Part shown: positions 63,895-64,000 of the stretch, piece after piece
Layout of the letters: each line of letters opens with the position of its first letter
Numbering within the stretch: the stretch's first letter is position 1
From: Escherichia coli
GTDB lineage: Bacteria; Pseudomonadota; Gammaproteobacteria; Enterobacterales; Enterobacteriaceae
Assembly (NCBI RefSeq): GCF_048403405.1
Contig: NZ_CP183129.1
Reading direction: 5' to 3' (one strand)
DNA: 64,000 nt
The notes under the pieces: generated by a model
Told to the model about the DNA's origin: nothing
Seen by the model: the letters and a program-made list of their open reading frames with translations, nothing else
Databases searched by the model: none
Made by a program: the position numbers and the translations under genes

Positions 63895-64000
63895 ATGAAT
63901 GGCACGGTTACGGCGGATTCACTGAATCAAGGGTTAAGCTTGGGTGCGCTGGCCTCTGTCGTCTACGGCGTTCCGCCAGAGGTGGCTCTCGGTGCTCTGG
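63895..64000 (+). CDS. hypothetical protein, 5' end only (continues beyond window)
   Basis: ATG at 63895 opens a frame (MNGTVTADSLNQGLSLGALASVVYG...) running to the window edge. Confidence 0.3.
   Translation, partial: MNGTVTADSLNQGLSLGALASVVYGVPPEVALGAL

Overview
The window is an Escherichia coli-type chromosomal segment followed by most of a prophage. (1) 1-9.6 kb: conserved core genes, all on the + strand: pbpC 3' end, ndk, rlmN, rodZ, ispG, hisS, yfgM, bamB, der, yfgJ. (2) 9.6-21.2 kb: an AT-rich-promoted accessory adhesin island inserted between yfgJ and xseA, encoding an intimin/invasin-like inverse autotransporter (SinH-like), a SinI-like secreted protein and a 2680-aa repeat-rich RatA-like giant protein. 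(3) 21.2-26.0 kb: xseA (-) and the guaBA operon (+). (4) 26.0 kb to the window end: a prophage of at least 38 kb integrated immediately downstream of guaA; its right end lies outside the window. It has a P4-type integrase, an orphan MT-A70 adenine methyltransferase, an AlpA-like regulator, a RecT/exonuclease pair, a tandem-HTH repressor with divergent cro-like gene, lambda O/P-like replication genes, nin-like small genes, terminase small/large, a tRNA-Arg(UCU), a podovirus-type structural module and a C-terminal-chaperone tailspike. The most unusual signals are in the prophage: a 15-bp palindrome (A)TTACC-N5-GGTAA(T) present in at least 10 perfect intergenic copies at essentially every transcription-unit boundary; a 4.6-kb low-GC moron island between the core-protein genes and the tailspike, bracketed by identical hairpins, carrying a secreted protein, small membrane/acidic proteins, a Bro-N antirepressor, a frameshifted YafO-like toxin with an overlapping upstream partner and a free-standing antirepressor C-domain paralog; and a 14-bp palindrome exactly bracketing the terminase genes. 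All functional calls rest on reading the translated ORFs and remembered family features; no database search was run.
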